64,000 nucleotides of DNA from Devosia sp. GTDB taxonomy: Bacteria; Pseudomonadota; Alphaproteobacteria; Rhizobiales; Devosiaceae. The stretch's first letter is position 1, and every line of letters begins with the position of its first letter. The notes beneath the pieces are model-generated. The model had not been told where the DNA came from. It was given only the letters and a program-made list of their open reading frames with translations, and ran no database searches. Position numbers and translations under genes: made by a program. This document shows positions 46,534 to 56,154 of the stretch, one piece after another. The DNA lies in contig JAQGJK010000026.1 in the NCBI GenBank assembly GCA_028290665.1, positions 90,861-154,860 of the forward strand, in the 5' to 3' direction.

Positions 46534-49182
46534 ATGCGCACCGAGAGCGATAACACCATCTACCTCAAGGACTACCAGCCGAGCCCGTATCGGATCGTAG
46601 CGGTTGATATGGAGGTCAAGATCGCTGCCGAGCGCTGCCGGGTCCGGACCTTGCTGACCATCGAGCCGCGCGACGGCACGCCGGCGGGAACGGCCCTCGT
46701 TCTCGATGGCGATGAGTTGAAGCTCGAAACGGTCGCCATCGATGGCGCGCCCTTGGTCCAGAGCGCCTACGTCGCCACTGCCTCGGCACTGACCATCGTC
46801 GAGGTGCCGCTGCGGCGCTTCGTGCTCGATACCGAGGTGACCATCGAGCCCGAACTGAACACCAAGCTGATGGGGCTATATCGCTCGAACGGCACCTGGT
46901 GCACCCAGTGCGAGCCGGAGGGCTTCCGTCGCATCACCTATTTCCTCGACCGGCCGGACAATCTCGCGACCTTCCGGGTCAAAATGATCGCCGACCGCGC
47001 GCTGGCGCCGATTCTCCTCGCCAACGGCAATCCGGTCGAAGCTGGCGATCTCGGCAATGGCCAGCATTACGCGGTGTGGGACGATCCGCACCCGAAGCCC
47101 GCCTATCTGTTCGCCATGGTAGCGGGCGATCTGGGGCTGATCGAGGACCAGTTCACCACCGCCTCGGGCAAGCCAGTGAAACTCGGCATCTACGCGACGC
47201 ACGGCAAGCAGGACGAGTGCCTGTGGGCGATGGACAGCCTCAAGCGCTCGATGGCCTGGGACGAGCGCCGTTTCGGGCGGGAATACGATCTCGACGTGTT
47301 CAACATTGTCGCCGTGTCAGACTTCAACTTCGGCGCGATGGAGAACAAGGGCCTCAACATCTTCAACGACAAGCTGGTGTTCGCCAGGCCCGAGACCGCC
47401 ACCGATGGCGATTTCGAGAGTGTCGAGCGCGTCATCGCGCACGAGTATTTCCACATCTGGACAGGCAACCGCATCACCTGCCGCGACTGGTTTCAGCTCT
47501 GCCTCAAGGAAGGGCTGACGGTGTTCCGCGACCAGGAGTTCACCTCCGACGAGCGCTCGCGGCCAGTCAAACGCATCGACGATGTGCGGACGTTGCGCGC
47601 CGCGCAGTTCCCCGAGGATGGCGGCCCGCTGGCCCACCCGCCGCGGCCCGACCACTACAGCGAGATCAACAATTTCTACACGGCGACCGTCTACGAAAAG
47701 GGCGCCGAAATCGTCCGCATGCTGGCTACCTTGTTGGGGGAAGCCGGCTTCCGCAAAGGCATGGACCTCTATTTCGAGCGCCATGACGGCGACGCGACGA
47801 CGATCGAGGCCTTCCTCAAGGTGTTCGAGGATGCGAATGGCGTCGACCTGACGCAATTCAAGACCTGGTACCTGCAGGCCGGCACCCCAGCCGTCTCGGT
47901 CTCCGACAGTTACGACGAAGCCAGCAAGACCTATCGGCTGACGCTGACGCAGACTGTCGATCCGACACCGGGCGAGCCGACCAAGCTGCCGCTGGTGATG
48001 CCGGTCAAGTTCGCGCTGGTAGGTCCGAACGGCAGCGAGATGGGCTGGAGCGGCGTCTCGGGCGGCACGGTCCGCGACGACATGATTATCCTCGATGCGC
48101 CGAGCGCCACACTGACCTTTACCGGCGTCGCCAATCGCCCGGTGCCGTCGCTGTTCCGCGGCTTCTCGGCGCCGGTAAAGCTCACCACCCCCCTGCCCGA
48201 GGCCGACCAATTGTTCCTCGCCCGCCACGACAGCGATCCGTTCAACCGCTGGCAGTCGCTACAGGACGTGGCAATGGGGATGATGATTGCGGCCGTCGGT
48301 GGCAAAGCCTGGGCGGCAAGCGCGGTCGATGCGCTGGCGGCGGCGCTTGCCGATACGGCAACGTCCGAGACGCTAGATCCCGCCTACAAGGCGCTGGCTC
48401 TGGTGCTCCCGACGGAATCCAACATCGCCCGTGCCATCGACAAGGACGTTGACCCGGCCCGCATTCATGCCGTGCGGCGGGAACTTATCAGCGCCGTGAT
48501 CGCTCGCGTCGGAGCCGACCTGCTGCAGGTGTTCCACGCCAATGCGGTCTCCAGCGCCTTCGCCCCTACGGCCGATCAGGCCGGAAAGCGGGCGCTGCGC
48601 AACATCATTTTGGCTCTGCTGGTGTTGGGCAAGGCCCCAGGCGCTGCAGGGCTCGCCGCCGCACAGTACGCCGAGGCCTCGAACATGACCGACCGGTTCG
48701 CGGCACTCGCCGCCATGGTCTCCGGCTGGACTTCGGACGCTGAGCGACTGATGGCGGATTTCCGCCAACGTTTTGCCGGCGATCCGCTGGTGTTCGACAA
48801 ATGGCTGGCGCTGACGGCGTCCGCCGCCGACGACAGCACGGTCGACCGTATCCGCGCCGTGCTCGCCGAGCCCGATTTCCCGCTCAACAACCCCAACCGG
48901 CTGCGCTCGCTGGTCGGCACTTTCGCCATGGGCAATCCAGTGCAATTCGCCCGACCGGACGGGAGCGGCTTCCGGTTCGTCACCGATTTCGTCGCCGATA
49001 TCGATGCCCGCAACCCCCAGGTTGCGGCGCGGCTGCTCACCGGTTTTCGGGTATGGCAAAGCTTCGAGCCTAACCGCCGGTCAGCCGCGCGACAGGCGCT
49101 GGAAAGCCTTCGGCAACGCGACGGTCTTAGCCGAAACGCCAGCGAGATTCTGAACCGCATGCTCGAATCAACCGCAGGTTGA
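46534..49182 (+). CDS. pepN: Aminopeptidase N (M1 family)
   Basis: FNFGAMENKGLNIF (GAMEN) and VIAHEYFHIWTGNRIT...LKEGLT (HEXXH-E). RBS AAGGAG lies before the ATG. Confidence 0.9.
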   Translation: MRTESDNTIYLKDYQPSPYRIVAVDMEVKIAAERCRVRTLLTIEPRDGTPAGTALVLDGDELKLETVAIDGAPLVQSAYVATASALTIVEVPLRRFVLDTEVTIEPELNTKLMGLYRSNGTWCTQCEPEGFRRITYFLDRPDNLATFRVKMIADRALAPILLANGNPVEAGDLGNGQHYAVWDDPHPKPAYLFAMVAGDLGLIEDQFTTASGKPVKLGIYATHGKQDECLWAMDSLKRSMAWDERRFGREYDLDVFNIVAVSDFNFGAMENKGLNIFNDKLVFARPETATDGDFESVERVIAHEYFHIWTGNRITCRDWFQLCLKEGLTVFRDQEFTSDERSRPVKRIDDVRTLRAAQFPEDGGPLAHPPRPDHYSEINNFYTATVYEKGAEIVRMLATLLGEAGFRKGMDLYFERHDGDATTIEAFLKVFEDANGVDLTQFKTWYLQAGTPAVSVSDSYDEASKTYRLTLTQTVDPTPGEPTKLPLVMPVKFALVGPNGSEMGWSGVSGGTVRDDMIILDAPSATLTFTGVANRPVPSLFRGFSAPVKLTTPLPEADQLFLARHDSDPFNRWQSLQDVAMGMMIAAVGGKAWAASAVDALAAALADTATSETLDPAYKALALVLPTESNIARAIDKDVDPARIHAVRRELISAVIARVGADLLQVFHANAVSSAFAPTADQAGKRALRNIILALLVLGKAPGAAGLAAAQYAEASNMTDRFAALAAMVSGWTSDAERLMADFRQRFAGDPLVFDKWLALTASAADDSTVDRIRAVLAEPDFPLNNPNRLRSLVGTFAMGNPVQFARPDGSGFRFVTDFVADIDARNPQVAARLLTGFRVWQSFEPNRRSAARQALESLRQRDGLSRNASEILNRMLESTAG

Positions 49183-49311
49183 ATGCGTATGCAAAGGTCC
49201 CATGTCAGGAAACCCAGCGTTTCCGGGCATGTGCATTTTTGCGTCCTAGGACTGCATCTTACTGAGTTAACGGATCGGTAATTTTGGAAAGTTTTTTCTG
49301 GTGCCTTAAGT

Positions 49312-49391
49312 GACTCAACCGACTCGCTATTTCCGCACCGCCTAGCTGCCCTCGAAAAACCGACTATGGACAGCGAGTCCGTCGGTGATTC
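49312..49391. promoter_or_regulatory. Cluster of four GANTC (CcrM-type methylation) sites in the AT-rich kinase leader
   Basis: GACTC 49312-49316, GACTC 49321-49325, GAGTC 49375-49379, GATTC 49387-49391. Confidence 0.4.
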
Positions 49392-49439
49392 AAAGTGATT
49401 TTCGGGGCCGGTCGAGCGTGTCGTTGTTCACCGACAGTT

Positions 49440-51176
49440 ATGGAGAAGTGGATGCGGTCGGCGGAGAAATCCGACGTCGGAGCACGGGGATTCTTTGTGC
49501 GGAAGAGTCACCAGATACAGGATACGGCCAGAGCCATCGGCTCGGGCAAGATCGGCAAAACTATCCGCCTGGCGACGCGGACACAGCTCGCCATCGTTGT
49601 CGTTGCGCTCAGCGCCGCGACCCTGTTCACCGCTTCCGATGCCTTTCGCACGCTGGCCGACCAGCGCGAACGCCTGCAACTCGTTGCCCAGGCCATGGCA
49701 ATCGAAATCGGCATGGAAGGCGAGGATGGCGCTGCGCTCGCCTTGCTGCGAACGGCTCCGAAATATGACCGGCTGCTGATCGCTCAGCTCCGCGACCCAC
49801 TTGGCCAGATCGTCGCCTCGACCCATATGTCACTGGTCGGCAACCAGTCGACCCCCGAACGCGTGCCGCAAGAAACCGTAAGCCAAGCCGTCAATGGCGG
49901 CGCTATCGGCACACTCGATCTGCAAATCACCGACAATGCTGCAATTCCCGGTATCTGGGCGCGCGGCGCCTTCGCCTACGGCCTCGCCTTCGCCGTTATC
50001 GGCTTCGCCTTCGCCGGTCCGGCAACTGGCGCCGTGGCGCCCCGTGGCCGCGGCCGAACCGTGCCGATCAAGGATCTGATCTCCACCATTCCGTTCGGGG
50101 TCGCCTGCTGGACGGCCGAGGGCCGGCTGATCGTCTGCAACGAACAGTATAAGGCTCGGCTTTATATCGGCGACGATCAGGCCCGACCCGGCGCTTCATA
50201 CCAGGCGGCAGTGCGAAACCTCTCGGTCGGCGGCTATGTCCGGCTGGTCAGCGAGGACGATAACAACCGGCTGATCGAAGTGCATCGCGAAGACGGTTCC
50301 TGCCTGATGATCGACGAGCGGCCACTGGTCGAAGGCGGCTTCGTGACGCTGGTCACCGACGTCACCGAGCGCAAAAAGGCCGATCTGCTGATCAGCTCGA
50401 TCCGCGAAGAGCAGAAGCATCTGGCGCGGCGTTACCACGAGGAAAAACTCAAGGCCGAGGCGGCCAGCCGCTCGAAAACCTCGTTCCTCGCGCATCTCAG
50501 CCACGATGTGCGCACCCCGCTCAACCACATCATCGGGTTCTCGGAAATCCTCGCCAACCAGACCTTCGGTCCGCTCGGCGACAAGCGTTACAAAGGCTAT
50601 GCGGAGAATATCCTCGGCTCGGGCCGGCGGCTGCTGGCCTCGTTCGCAACCATCCTCGATCTTGCCGAACTCGAAAGCGGCCAGAAAACTCTCCGCGTCG
50701 AAGCGATCGACGTCGACGAACTGCTGCTCGCCATCGGCGACCGGCATCGGCCACAAGCGATGCGCGCCGGCCTCAGCTTCGTCGTCAACGAGCCGAGCGA
50801 CGCCATCCTCTATGGCGACCGGTTCTGCCTGACCCGCATGCTCAACAACATCATCGAGAACGCCATCCGCTTCACCCCGGCCGGCGGCAAAGTCACCCTC
50901 GCAGTGTTCGCCGCCACCGATGGCGTAGTATTTGAAGTTACCGACACCGGTATCGGCATGAGCGAGGAAAAGCTCGCAAGCCTCGCCCAAGCCTTCGTTT
51001 TCGGCGATGCGACCTTCACCCGGGACGCCAATGATTCCGGGCTCGGCATCGCCATCGCCCGGGCCATCGCCGAACTCAGCGGCGGTCATATGGCCATCGA
51101 TTCGAGCCCGGCACTCGGCACCACCGTGGCGATATCGCTGCCGCTGCAGCCCGAGGCCTACGCTTCGGTCGCGTGA
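49440..51176 (+). CDS. PAS-domain sensor histidine kinase with a PleC/DivJ (PdhS)-family-type HisKA
   Basis: TM segments and a PAS-like region (IPFGVACWTAEGRLIVCNEQY). H-box FLAHLSHDVRTPLNHIIGFSEILANQTFGPLGDKRYKGYAENILGSGRRLL. HATPase_c (VTDTGIGM...GLGIAIA). Start is uncertain: ATG 49440, or ATG 49452 preceded by GGAGAAG. The ORF track uses GTG 49395. Confidence 0.8.
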   Translation: MEKWMRSAEKSDVGARGFFVRKSHQIQDTARAIGSGKIGKTIRLATRTQLAIVVVALSAATLFTASDAFRTLADQRERLQLVAQAMAIEIGMEGEDGAALALLRTAPKYDRLLIAQLRDPLGQIVASTHMSLVGNQSTPERVPQETVSQAVNGGAIGTLDLQITDNAAIPGIWARGAFAYGLAFAVIGFAFAGPATGAVAPRGRGRTVPIKDLISTIPFGVACWTAEGRLIVCNEQYKARLYIGDDQARPGASYQAAVRNLSVGGYVRLVSEDDNNRLIEVHREDGSCLMIDERPLVEGGFVTLVTDVTERKKADLLISSIREEQKHLARRYHEEKLKAEAASRSKTSFLAHLSHDVRTPLNHIIGFSEILANQTFGPLGDKRYKGYAENILGSGRRLLASFATILDLAELESGQKTLRVEAIDVDELLLAIGDRHRPQAMRAGLSFVVNEPSDAILYGDRFCLTRMLNNIIENAIRFTPAGGKVTLAVFAATDGVVFEVTDTGIGMSEEKLASLAQAFVFGDATFTRDANDSGLGIAIARAIAELSGGHMAIDSSPALGTTVAISLPLQPEAYASVA

Positions 51177-53989
51177 CCTGGACTACTAGCGCGGGCGTAC
51201 CAGTCCGCCGCGGCGTCACTCACTTCAGCTTCCATGTCGGCAATGTCCTCAGCCAACCGCTGGAAACTCGGTGCGTTGGCGAGGCGAGCCAGCAGCACCT
51301 TGAATGCATCGGTCCAGCCCTCGTCGCGCAGCGGATCGGCGAGCGCGGCGCTCATGATTTGCAGCACGGTCGAATACGCCGCGTGGATTTCGGCCAGCCG
51401 CTCGCCCGTCGGCACCAGCCCCAGTTCGCCGAGCCGCGTCAGCACCACAGCCGGCGGCGCCTGTGGTAGGCCGATGCGATCACCCGCCACCAGTTGGGCG
51501 GATTGTGCAATAAATTCGAGATCGACCAGCCCCCCGGCGGCGAGCTTCAGATCGAACGCATGCCGCGGCGGCCGTTCCTTCGTCATCAGGGCGCGCATCT
51601 CGATGACATCGCCGATGAGTTTGCCCGGATCGTCGGGAGAAGCCAGCACCGCGGCAATCCCCGCCTCGATCGCCGCCTGCAACGCCGGGTCGGCGAGCAC
51701 GATACGGGCCCGGCTCAGCGCCAGGTGCTCCCAGGTCCAGGCGCTGTCGGTCTGGTATAACAGGAACGCCGCGAGGCTGGTCGCCAGCGGACCGGCATTG
51801 CCCGAAGGCCTGAGCCGCATGTCGGTCGCATACAGCACGCCCTGCGCTGTCGGCGCCGACAATGCCGCGAGCAGCCGCTGCGTCAGCCGCGCATAATACG
51901 CGCTCGGATCGAGCGGCCGCGGACCATCGGACAGCGCCCCGATCGGAGCATCGTAGATCAGGATGAAATCGAGATCAGAAGTGACCGTCATCTCGCGGCT
52001 CGCCATCTTGCCAAAGGCCAAAAGGGCCACAGTACCGCCCGCCAGCCGCCCGTGACGCAGCTCGAACTCGACGCAAACCGCATTATACAGCCGGTGCAAC
52101 AGCGTTTCCGCCAGCGCAGTGAACTGTTCCCCCGCCCGCGCCGCCGTCACCGTGCCCGACAGCAACCCCGCTGACAGCAGGAATTTCTGCTCCTGCCCGA
52201 TGATCCGGGCGCGGTCGATGATGTCCTCATAACTCCGCGCTTCGCCGATGAACGCATCGACCTTACCGACCAGCACATCGCGGCGGTTGACCTCGTCGGC
52301 AAATGCGGGGTCGATCAGCCCATCCATCACATGCGCCCGGTGGATCACCGCGTCGGCCATGCGCGGGGCCGAAGCCATGAAGGCGACCAGTAGTTCGCGC
52401 AGCTTGTCGTGATTGCGCAGCAGTGCGAATAGCTGCACCCCGCTCGGTAGTCGCGATAGGAAATGGTCGAACCGCGCCAGCGCCTCGTCGGCATTGCCGG
52501 CCCCGGCGATAGTCTTCAGCAATGGCGGCAGCAACTCCGTCAAATGCGCCCGTGCCGCCGCCGCGCGAGTCGCGCCATAGCCGCCATAGTGCCATTTGCG
52601 GACCAGCGCCGAAGCCTTGGCCGGATCGGCAAAGCCCAGCCGCGCCAGCGTTTCTAGCGTCCCCGGGTCATCATCGGCCCCGGTGAACACCAGATTGCCC
52701 TCGCTGGTCCCGAGGCTCTCACCTTCCGCGAACAGCTGCGCGTAATAGTCGACCACCCGAGTAAGCGCCGCGCGATAAGCTGCGGCAAATTTCGGCAGGT
52801 CTGGGAAGCCGAGCATCTCGGCAACCACCGCCAACTCGGCATCGCTCTCGGGCAGTGCATGGGTCTGTTCGTCGCGCCGCATCTGCAGCCGGTTTTCGAC
52901 GGCACGGAGGAACCAGTAGGTTTCGGTCAATTCGGACGCCGTCTTTGGCGCAATCCATCCCGCCGTCGCGAGGGCCTGCAGCGCCAACGCTGTCGGCCGC
53001 ACACGCAGCGACAGGTCCCGCCCGCCTGCGATCAGTTGCTGGGTCTGAGTGAAAAACTCGATCTCGCGGATACCGCCGCGACCGAGCTTGACGTTGTGCC
53101 CTGCCACCCGCACGTCGCCGACGTTCTTGACCACGTTGATCTGGCGTTTCATCGCCTGGATATCGGCGATGGTGGCGAAGTCGAGGTGCCGCCGCCAGAT
53201 GTACGGCGCCAATTCCGTCAGAAACGCCGCCCCTGAAACGACATCGCCGGCGCACGGTCGCGCCTTGATCCAGGCCGCCCGCTCCCAGTTCTGCCCACGC
53301 GACTCATAATAGGCCAGCGCCGCCTCGGTCGAAATCGCCACCGGCGTCGAGCCCGGATCGGGGCGCAACCGCAGATCGGTGCGGAACACGTAACCGCCCA
53401 GCGTCCGGTCCTGCATCAGCGACACCAGCCGCTGCACCAGCCGCGAATAGGTTTTTGTCGCCTCATCGGGGTCGGTGAGCACGTCGCGCCCACGCTCGAA
53501 GAACGCCACGATGTCGATATCGGAGGAATAGTTGAGCTCACGCCCGCCATGCTTGCCGAGTGCAAAGATCATCAGTCCAGAATTGGCGGCGGTCGCCTTC
53601 TCGGGCGTCAGCTTCAAATCGCCCTTCTCCGCCGCCTTGCGGACAAGGAAATCGAGCGCTGCTTCGAGCGCCGCGTCGGCGAGATCAGAGAGTGCCGCCG
53701 TCGCCTGCGCCGTGCTCCAGCCGCCCCCGGTCTCTGCAACGGCCGCGAGCAGCGCGATGCGCCCCTTGGCTCGGCGCAGGCCAATCGACAAGACGTCTTC
53801 CGCCGCCCCGGAACGGCCGAGGGCCCGAACGTCGGCAAGTTCATCGGCCAGTGCCGCGTCCGGCTGGTCCTGCGGTTGAACCGCAAACCAATCGGCATGC
53901 ACCCGCGCGAGGTCGGCGAGATATGGCGCGTCGGCGAGGAGAGTGTGCAAAGCTACATTCATCGCCCGACATAGCCACGGCCCAGCCAA
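51158..53989 (-). CDS. glnE: Bifunctional glutamine synthetase adenylyltransferase/adenylyl-removing enzyme
   Basis: Two nucleotidyltransferase repeats (GKHGGRELNYSSDIDIVAFF and GKMASREMTVTSDLDFILIY). About 940 aa. The start may be ATG 53962. Confidence 0.9.
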   Translation of the reverse strand: MAGPWLCRAMNVALHTLLADAPYLADLARVHADWFAVQPQDQPDAALADELADVRALGRSGAAEDVLSIGLRRAKGRIALLAAVAETGGGWSTAQATAALSDLADAALEAALDFLVRKAAEKGDLKLTPEKATAANSGLMIFALGKHGGRELNYSSDIDIVAFFERGRDVLTDPDEATKTYSRLVQRLVSLMQDRTLGGYVFRTDLRLRPDPGSTPVAISTEAALAYYESRGQNWERAAWIKARPCAGDVVSGAAFLTELAPYIWRRHLDFATIADIQAMKRQINVVKNVGDVRVAGHNVKLGRGGIREIEFFTQTQQLIAGGRDLSLRVRPTALALQALATAGWIAPKTASELTETYWFLRAVENRLQMRRDEQTHALPESDAELAVVAEMLGFPDLPKFAAAYRAALTRVVDYYAQLFAEGESLGTSEGNLVFTGADDDPGTLETLARLGFADPAKASALVRKWHYGGYGATRAAAARAHLTELLPPLLKTIAGAGNADEALARFDHFLSRLPSGVQLFALLRNHDKLRELLVAFMASAPRMADAVIHRAHVMDGLIDPAFADEVNRRDVLVGKVDAFIGEARSYEDIIDRARIIGQEQKFLLSAGLLSGTVTAARAGEQFTALAETLLHRLYNAVCVEFELRHGRLAGGTVALLAFGKMASREMTVTSDLDFILIYDAPIGALSDGPRPLDPSAYYARLTQRLLAALSAPTAQGVLYATDMRLRPSGNAGPLATSLAAFLLYQTDSAWTWEHLALSRARIVLADPALQAAIEAGIAAVLASPDDPGKLIGDVIEMRALMTKERPPRHAFDLKLAAGGLVDLEFIAQSAQLVAGDRIGLPQAPPAVVLTRLGELGLVPTGERLAEIHAAYSTVLQIMSAALADPLRDEGWTDAFKVLLARLANAPSFQRLAEDIADMEAEVSDAAADWYARASSPGHATEA

Positions 53990-54003
53990 GCCGGCAACCC
54001 GCC

Positions 54004-55398
54004 TCAGTCAACCGGCAGGTCGATGACGGCGCGGACGCCCGGCGCATTGTCCTCGAGCCGCAATTCGCCGCGATGCAGGCGCGCCACAGCGGCGACCAGC
54101 GACAGCCCAAGTCCCGAGCCCGCCTCCGAGCGACTCTCGTCGAGCCGGACGAAGCGTTCGATCACCCGCGCCCGGTCGGCTTCCGGAATGCCCGGCCCGT
54201 TATCGGCGACGCTGATGAGGGTGCGCTCACCAGCCAGTTGCAGGCCGACGACGATATGGCCCGGCCGATCACCGACCCGCGCATATTTCAGCGCGTTCTC
54301 GACGAGATTGACTACCGCCTGCCCGAGCAGTTCGCGATTACCCCGATGCCGTACGCCCTCGGCGATCTCGGTGGTCAGCGTCAGCCCCTCCTCCTCGGCC
54401 ACCGGCAGGTACAGTTCCGCCACGTCGGCAACTACGGTGGTGAGGTCGAGGTCGGTGAGCGCCCCCGATGGCGTTCCAGCCTCGACCCGCGCGATCAGCA
54501 GCAGCGCGTTGAACGTGCGGATTAGCTTGTCGCTCTCGGCAATGGTGGTTTCGAGTGCCTCGGTCCGCGAAGTCGGGTCGGCAGTATCGCGCAGAGCGTT
54601 CTCGGCTTTGTTGCGCAACCGGGTCAGTGGCGTCTTGAGGTCGTGAGCCACATTGTCGGTTACCTCCTTCAAACCCACCATCAGTTGCTCGATCCGGTCG
54701 AGCATGGCGTTGAGGCTGGTTGCCAGCCCGTCGAACTCGTCCTTGCGGCCGGTGATCGGTACGCGTTCCGACAAATTGCCCGACATGATCTTGGTCGCGG
54801 TGCCGTTGATCGTGTCGATGCGCCGCAGCACACGAAACGCCGTAAACAGGCCGGCAATGATCGAAAACACCAGGATACCGACGACCCCGATGACAAAGCT
54901 CTGGATGATGATGGCGGTGTAGCCGCGCCGCTCGACGACGTCGCGGCCGACCACCAGCAGCAACCCGCTGTCGAGCGCCACTGAGCGCACCACGGCATTG
55001 CCCTTGTTGCGCGGGCCGCCATCCTCGCCGAAGGGCTGGGATTTATCGTAGTCGAAGCTGTACACGCCGGGCGCAGTGATCGCCTCGGGCGGCAGCGTTT
55101 CGACATTGCCGACGATGCGCTGCCCGGTCGGATCGCCGAGGAAATAAATCCCCGGCCCCGGCATCCTCGACAGCCGATCCACGGCAATGATCGTCGCCCG
55201 AAAGCCGCGATTCTTGTCGACCTGGACGATCGCCGCGACTTCGCGGTCGATGTCCGCGGTCTGCTGGCGCTGGATCTGGATGCTCGACTGGTAGGAGATG
55301 ATGCCCAGTAGCAGCACCGAAAACAGCACGAAAATCAGCACGAACGTCGCCGTCAATCGCACCGTCGTGGTGCGCCAGAGGTCGGCGAGCTTAAACAC
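54004..55398 (-). CDS. HAMP-domain sensor histidine kinase (partner of the upstream OmpR-type regulator)
   Basis: Two TM helices flank a periplasmic loop. H-box NVAHDLKTPLTRL. ADNGPGIP...GSGLGLSLV. GTG start overlaps the regulator stop by 8 nt. Confidence 0.85.
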   Translation of the reverse strand: MFKLADLWRTTTVRLTATFVLIFVLFSVLLLGIISYQSSIQIQRQQTADIDREVAAIVQVDKNRGFRATIIAVDRLSRMPGPGIYFLGDPTGQRIVGNVETLPPEAITAPGVYSFDYDKSQPFGEDGGPRNKGNAVVRSVALDSGLLLVVGRDVVERRGYTAIIIQSFVIGVVGILVFSIIAGLFTAFRVLRRIDTINGTATKIMSGNLSERVPITGRKDEFDGLATSLNAMLDRIEQLMVGLKEVTDNVAHDLKTPLTRLRNKAENALRDTADPTSRTEALETTIAESDKLIRTFNALLLIARVEAGTPSGALTDLDLTTVVADVAELYLPVAEEEGLTLTTEIAEGVRHRGNRELLGQAVVNLVENALKYARVGDRPGHIVVGLQLAGERTLISVADNGPGIPEADRARVIERFVRLDESRSEAGSGLGLSLVAAVARLHRGELRLEDNAPGVRAVIDLPVD

Positions 55399-56062
55399 GG
55401 ATCATGTAGCCAGCGCCGCGGATGGTGTGCAGCAGCGGGTTGGCGTGGCCCTTGTCGATCTTGCCGCGCAGCCGCGACATGTGGACGTCGATGACGTTGG
55501 TCTGCGGGTCGAAATGATAATCCCAGACGTTTTCGAGCAGCATGGTGCGGGTCACCACCTTCCCCGCATTGCGCATCAGATACTCAAGCAGCCGGAATTC
55601 GCGCGGTTGCAAAATGATGGTCTCGCCATCGCGCTCGACCTTGCGGCTAAGGCGGTCGAGTCGCAGGCCGCCGACATCGTAGCTGGTCGCGGCTTCTGCC
55701 GGGCTCGAGCGGCGGGCCAGCACTTCGATGCGGGCGAGCAGTTCGGTGAAGGCATAGGGCTTCACCAGATAATCGTCGCCGCCGGCCCGGAGGCCCGTCA
55801 CCCGGTCATCGACCTCGCCCAGCGCCGAAAGGATCAGCACCGGGCTCTGGTCGCCTTCGGCGCGCAGCGATTCAACAATGGAAAGCCCGTCGCGCCGCGG
55901 CAGCATGCGATCGACGATCAGCACGTCGTAATCCATCCCTGAAGCCATGGCGTAACCGGTTTCGCCATCGGTCGCATGATGGGTGACGTGCCCGACTTCG
56001 TCGAGCGCCTGGATCAGATAGCTCGCCGCTTCCCGGTCGTCTTCGATCAACAGGATTTTCAT
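55391..56062 (-). CDS. OmpR/PhoB-family response regulator
   Basis: MKILLIEDD...YDVLIVDRMLP...DDYLVKPYAF, plus a winged-helix output domain (ETIILQPREFRLLEYLM...IHTIRGAGYM). Confidence 0.9.
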   Translation of the reverse strand: MKILLIEDDREAASYLIQALDEVGHVTHHATDGETGYAMASGMDYDVLIVDRMLPRRDGLSIVESLRAEGDQSPVLILSALGEVDDRVTGLRAGGDDYLVKPYAFTELLARIEVLARRSSPAEAATSYDVGGLRLDRLSRKVERDGETIILQPREFRLLEYLMRNAGKVVTRTMLLENVWDYHFDPQTNVIDVHMSRLRGKIDKGHANPLLHTIRGAGYMIRV

Positions 56063-56107
56063 GTTGGCCTCCGCATCGCAACGCCTCACGAAACCGTGAG
56101 TCGTGAG

Positions 56108-56144
56108 TTGGAAAATTGGCTCCGAAGCCGATCGCTCCGGAGCC
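56108..56144 (-). terminator. Candidate terminator/attenuator hairpin between degP and the response-regulator gene
   Basis: GGCTCCG (56118-56124) pairs with CGGAGCC (56138-56144) across a 13-nt loop. The minus-strand tail is AATTTTCCAA. A second small hairpin CTCACG-aaac-CGTGAG and the direct repeat CGTGAGT CGTGAGT follow at 56085-56107. Confidence 0.35.
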
Positions 56145-56154
56145 ATTATAAGGC

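Noticed and set aside
49206-49240. Hairpin GGAAAC-ccagc-GTTTCC followed by ...GCATTTTTG, considered as the pepN terminator.
   Set aside because: The stem is only 6 bp and the T run is separated from it by about 10 nt, which is too weak to call.
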